The translations under genes and the position numbers were made by a program. Below the pieces are notes generated by a model that was not told the origin of the DNA, ran no database searches, and saw only the letters and a program-made list of their open reading frames with translations. A stretch of DNA of 49,662 nucleotides, filler included, from Jimgerdemannia flammicorona (Eukaryota): assembly GCA_003990765.1 (NCBI GenBank). It is 2 parts of 2 records of this genome, joined end to end, with 100 filler letters (N's around TTAATTAATTAA, not from the genome) between each part and the next. Parts side by side here need not be neighbours in the genome. Positions count along the whole stretch, not along the records: positions 24,883 to 49,662 come from RBNJ01000925.1; 1 more part is not named here. One strand, given 5' to 3'. Shown piece after piece: positions 46,672 through 49,662 of the stretch (position 1 is its first letter; each line of letters starts with the position of its first letter).

Positions 46672-47129
46672 CGTTTTTTTGTCGGTCACGTGTTCCGTCA
46701 ATCGTTGCTGTCATTATGTCAGTATATACATATATAATTGTGGCTATTTATAGAGCACGTAAATAAATTTGCTCATTTAGCATGTTTGGGGCGCCCGACG
46801 ACGAATGTGTCATCCGGATTGGCAGGTCGTCTCGTGTGTTTGGTTTTGTTGTTCCACGTATTCTTTGAGCTATCTCAACGGAGTCTTCAGCGGAATACGA
46901 TCAGCCAATAAATATCGCCAGAAGGACTCTTGCTTTCCTCTATTGAGCGGCGATCCGCGAGAATTTCGTCGCTTGTTTCGTTCCGCATTAAATCACGGTG
47001 AAATCGGCGCGCTGGCTTATATCCTGTCGTCAGCACGCATGCCCACTACGTGATTTCGTTGCCCTGGTTCTTTTTTTTTTTTGTACTCACATTCATTTGG
47101 GTTGGATTCGATGGAATGCAGTTACCGCT

Positions 47130-47636
47130 TTCACAGAGGCTAATATTTCCGACAGGCTTGAGTAGTGGGGTATTGGGGGTCTCCTCCCACCTCACATGTA
47201 AGTCCTTTACTCACCTCAACTTGGAGAACCCACCGTGTTGTGCTTTGATGAGGGTTTTTCTTTGCCTGTCATTCTCTTTGGGGTGGTAGGGGCTTTTCTA
47301 TTTGGCTCAGGCATAGCCTTGTACATACATTAGGTTCTCGGGCATGCGCTTTCGGTCGTTGGCATATGGTTGGGTTTCCCCTTGTGGTAGGGAGAGCATG
47401 GTGCGCAGAATGAGGTGCTAACCACCATAGGCCCTGCTGTGCCTGGCATGGTCGAGCTGCTGGACAATAGATAGCCTAGGTTAATGGGGGGGCAGTGCTT
47501 GATGGGTGGTGGGGGAGGGTTTTGGCCTATATAGTCTAGGTTCCCTTCCAATAAAAATCTGCGGGACATAGAGTCCATAAAATAAAAAAAAAGAGAGAGT
47601 AAAGGTCCCTCAAAAAAAAAAAAAAAAAAAAAAAAA
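47130..47636 (+). mobile_element. Possible 3' fragment of a retroposed element ending in poly(A)
   Basis: G-rich, low-CpG tract with AATAAA (~47549, ~47582) and a 25-nt A-run at 47612-47636. No TSD found. Confidence 0.3.
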
Positions 47637-47740
47637 GTGCAGAGAGTGGTCACAATGGTATCTTGAATAAGGTAGATTGCTATCCATGATATATCTGACT
47701 CCCAGCTCAAAAAGGCTGCTATTTCTCACAGCTCAACTCT

Positions 47741-49662
47741 TAGAGATACATCCGGTAAGGTACATTCAGTAAGGTGCATTCATGTCTGGTAAGGTGCATC
47801 CATATTCAGTAAGGTATATCTGGTAAGGCACATCTATGTCCAGTAAGGTATATCTATATCTGATAAGGCATATCTGCATCCAGTAAGGTGTATCTGGAGT
47901 GAGGTACATCTGGAGCAGAGAAATGATATATATAATTACCTGTTTTCCAGATGTCCATTTGCTGAATATACCTTACCAGATGTATCTTACTAGATACATC
48001 TTACCCTGCTTTCTAGTAATAAGCTAAATTTGTTAAAAAATTAATTCAATATTATTTATTGAATTAATTCAACTTCTTCAAACAATTTTTTACTAGATAT
48101 TATATAGTTACAATAAGTTGAAATCAAGATACTGAACTCCACCAAGATTTCAGACATATGTATGCTTGAATAGTCTCAGCTTTAAGAGAATATCTCCTCA
48201 GTACAATAAGCTCTTTACTATCAGAAAACACCTGTTCAACTGGTGCACTTGTTGCCAGAATAGCTAAATAATCTCAGGCCATATTACTTAAATTAGAAAA
48301 GTTCATTTGATGACTTTCTAAATTTAAAGAATTTTGGAGCTAAAAACTTGAGATATTTAATAAAAATAATTATAAAAATTCTTACCTTCCACCAATCTAA
48401 TATATCAATACTCTCTAATAAGACTACTTGATCAGTAGATAAATACATTATAAGCTCATCTATTGAAGATTCTCTTTTTCTTTTTTTACTATAAAGATGC
48501 TATATAATAGAATTATTTGTATAATTATCCAAACCATAGTCAGAACCTAGTGTAGGTATATAGTTTTTCTGATATATATTGGTAATTGATTGCTCAGTTT
48601 CTTCAATAAATTCCTTTTCTCAGCCTTGATCTTTATGATATTGAAGCTTTAATCATGGATCTAAAACTAATTAAATATTCAAATTATAATCAAAATAACG
48701 AAATTTCTCATTTTAATTTATAAAAAATAATACTTTACTCACCAGTACTAACAGAAAATATAGAAGTACTTGTTTTTGAATAATATTTTTTAAGCTTCTT
48801 CAAAGCTACTTCAATAGCTTCTTTTTGTCTTGAGAGGGATGTATCTTCATTCTTCAATAAGTCTAGCAGATCTTTAAGTTGATCAATCAAAAGATTGTAT
48901 ACTAAAATTTATTGGAAACTTTTGCTGAACAACTTCTTTTGTATATTCATTAAAATACTAGAGAAAAATAAAGAGTAAAAATATAAAAAAAGATAAATAA
49001 AATAAAACTAAATCTATAAAAATATTAATAAATACCTCTCTACTTATCTCTAAAACTTTAATAACTTCTCTCAATTTTGCCCACTCATTCTCTTCAATTA
49101 TCATATTCTGCATTTCTTTATCAGTGGCAGCTGTAGGATCTAATGCCTAAATTATATATATTTAAATAAGTTAATATTAATTAATAAGCTAAATACTATT
49201 TTATATTATTATTATTAGTAATCTACATACTACAGTAAGTATTAGTACTCATTCAATCATTGTAAATATCAAGTTCCACTATGTACTAATATCTAAAATA
49301 AGTTCTTTTGAATTGAGATTGATTGCTTTATACTATTCAGTAAGTTTTTTTTCGCCATTATAGTGATGATTGAATTATAACAATCAATTTGCATAACTTT
49401 GAAATAGTATTAGAGCTCTTACTAGTTTTACTCCAATTATCAAATAGTTGTATAAGATAATCTTAAGCAGTAAGATTCAGAACATGGGCTTGATACCATA
49501 TATGATTGTTGTTAGCATCAAAGATTAGATTTTCTTATTGAAGTTTAGTTGCCAAAATGTGGAGAAATGTGATATTGTTGGAGGTGTTGTCTGTTATAAT
49601 GGTTAATATCTATATTTCAAAATTTTAATATATAGAAAATAATTAATAATTAAAAGTAAAAA
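47741..49662 (-). mobile_element. Degenerate hAT DNA transposon (3' part), intron-containing transposase, truncated by the contig end
   Basis: hAT C-terminal dimerisation motifs: DILDWWK, LAILATSAPVEQVFS, RYSLKAETIQAYICLKSWW (stop ~48124). Also LDP.LKL and LILDIST.WN remnants. Subterminal CCRGTAAGGYRYATC repeats at 47752-47890 with inverted copies at ~47965-48005; candidate terminus TAGAGAT at 47741. Confidence 0.82.

Overview
Eukaryotic DNA with short GT-AG introns; by gene style probably an early-diverging (Mucoromycota-like) fungus, which is an inference. The window is two unrelated contigs (1-24782 and 24883-49662) joined by an artificial 100-bp N/TTAATTAATTAA spacer. Contig 1 is a CpG-eroded three-layer transposon nest. 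A + strand LINE is interrupted by a full-length Ty3/Gypsy chromovirus (element A, 230-19982, - strand, TSD GGAGG). Element A is itself interrupted by a related chromovirus (element B, 2337-12908, - strand, TSD AGAGA). Both share an unusually retrovirus-like layout: a long Gag N-terminal extension, then CA-NC-dUTPase-[CxH-x12-CxxC]-PR-RT-RH-IN-chromodomain, plus an extra accessory ORF. In A that ORF sits before the 3' LTR behind its own TATA box; in B an apparently homologous ORF lies inside the ~2-kb LTR. Contig 2 carries an inverted pair of small unknown paralogs, a 22-exon SAM/coiled-coil/Roco-C-terminal-like/LRR gene with one LRR per 84-nt exon (a candidate variable receptor), a ~1.5-kb degenerate tandem array with an internally inverted segment, an intact ornithine cyclodeaminase/mu-crystallin gene, and a degenerate intron-containing hAT transposon. 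All alignments were made by eye; no database searches were run.
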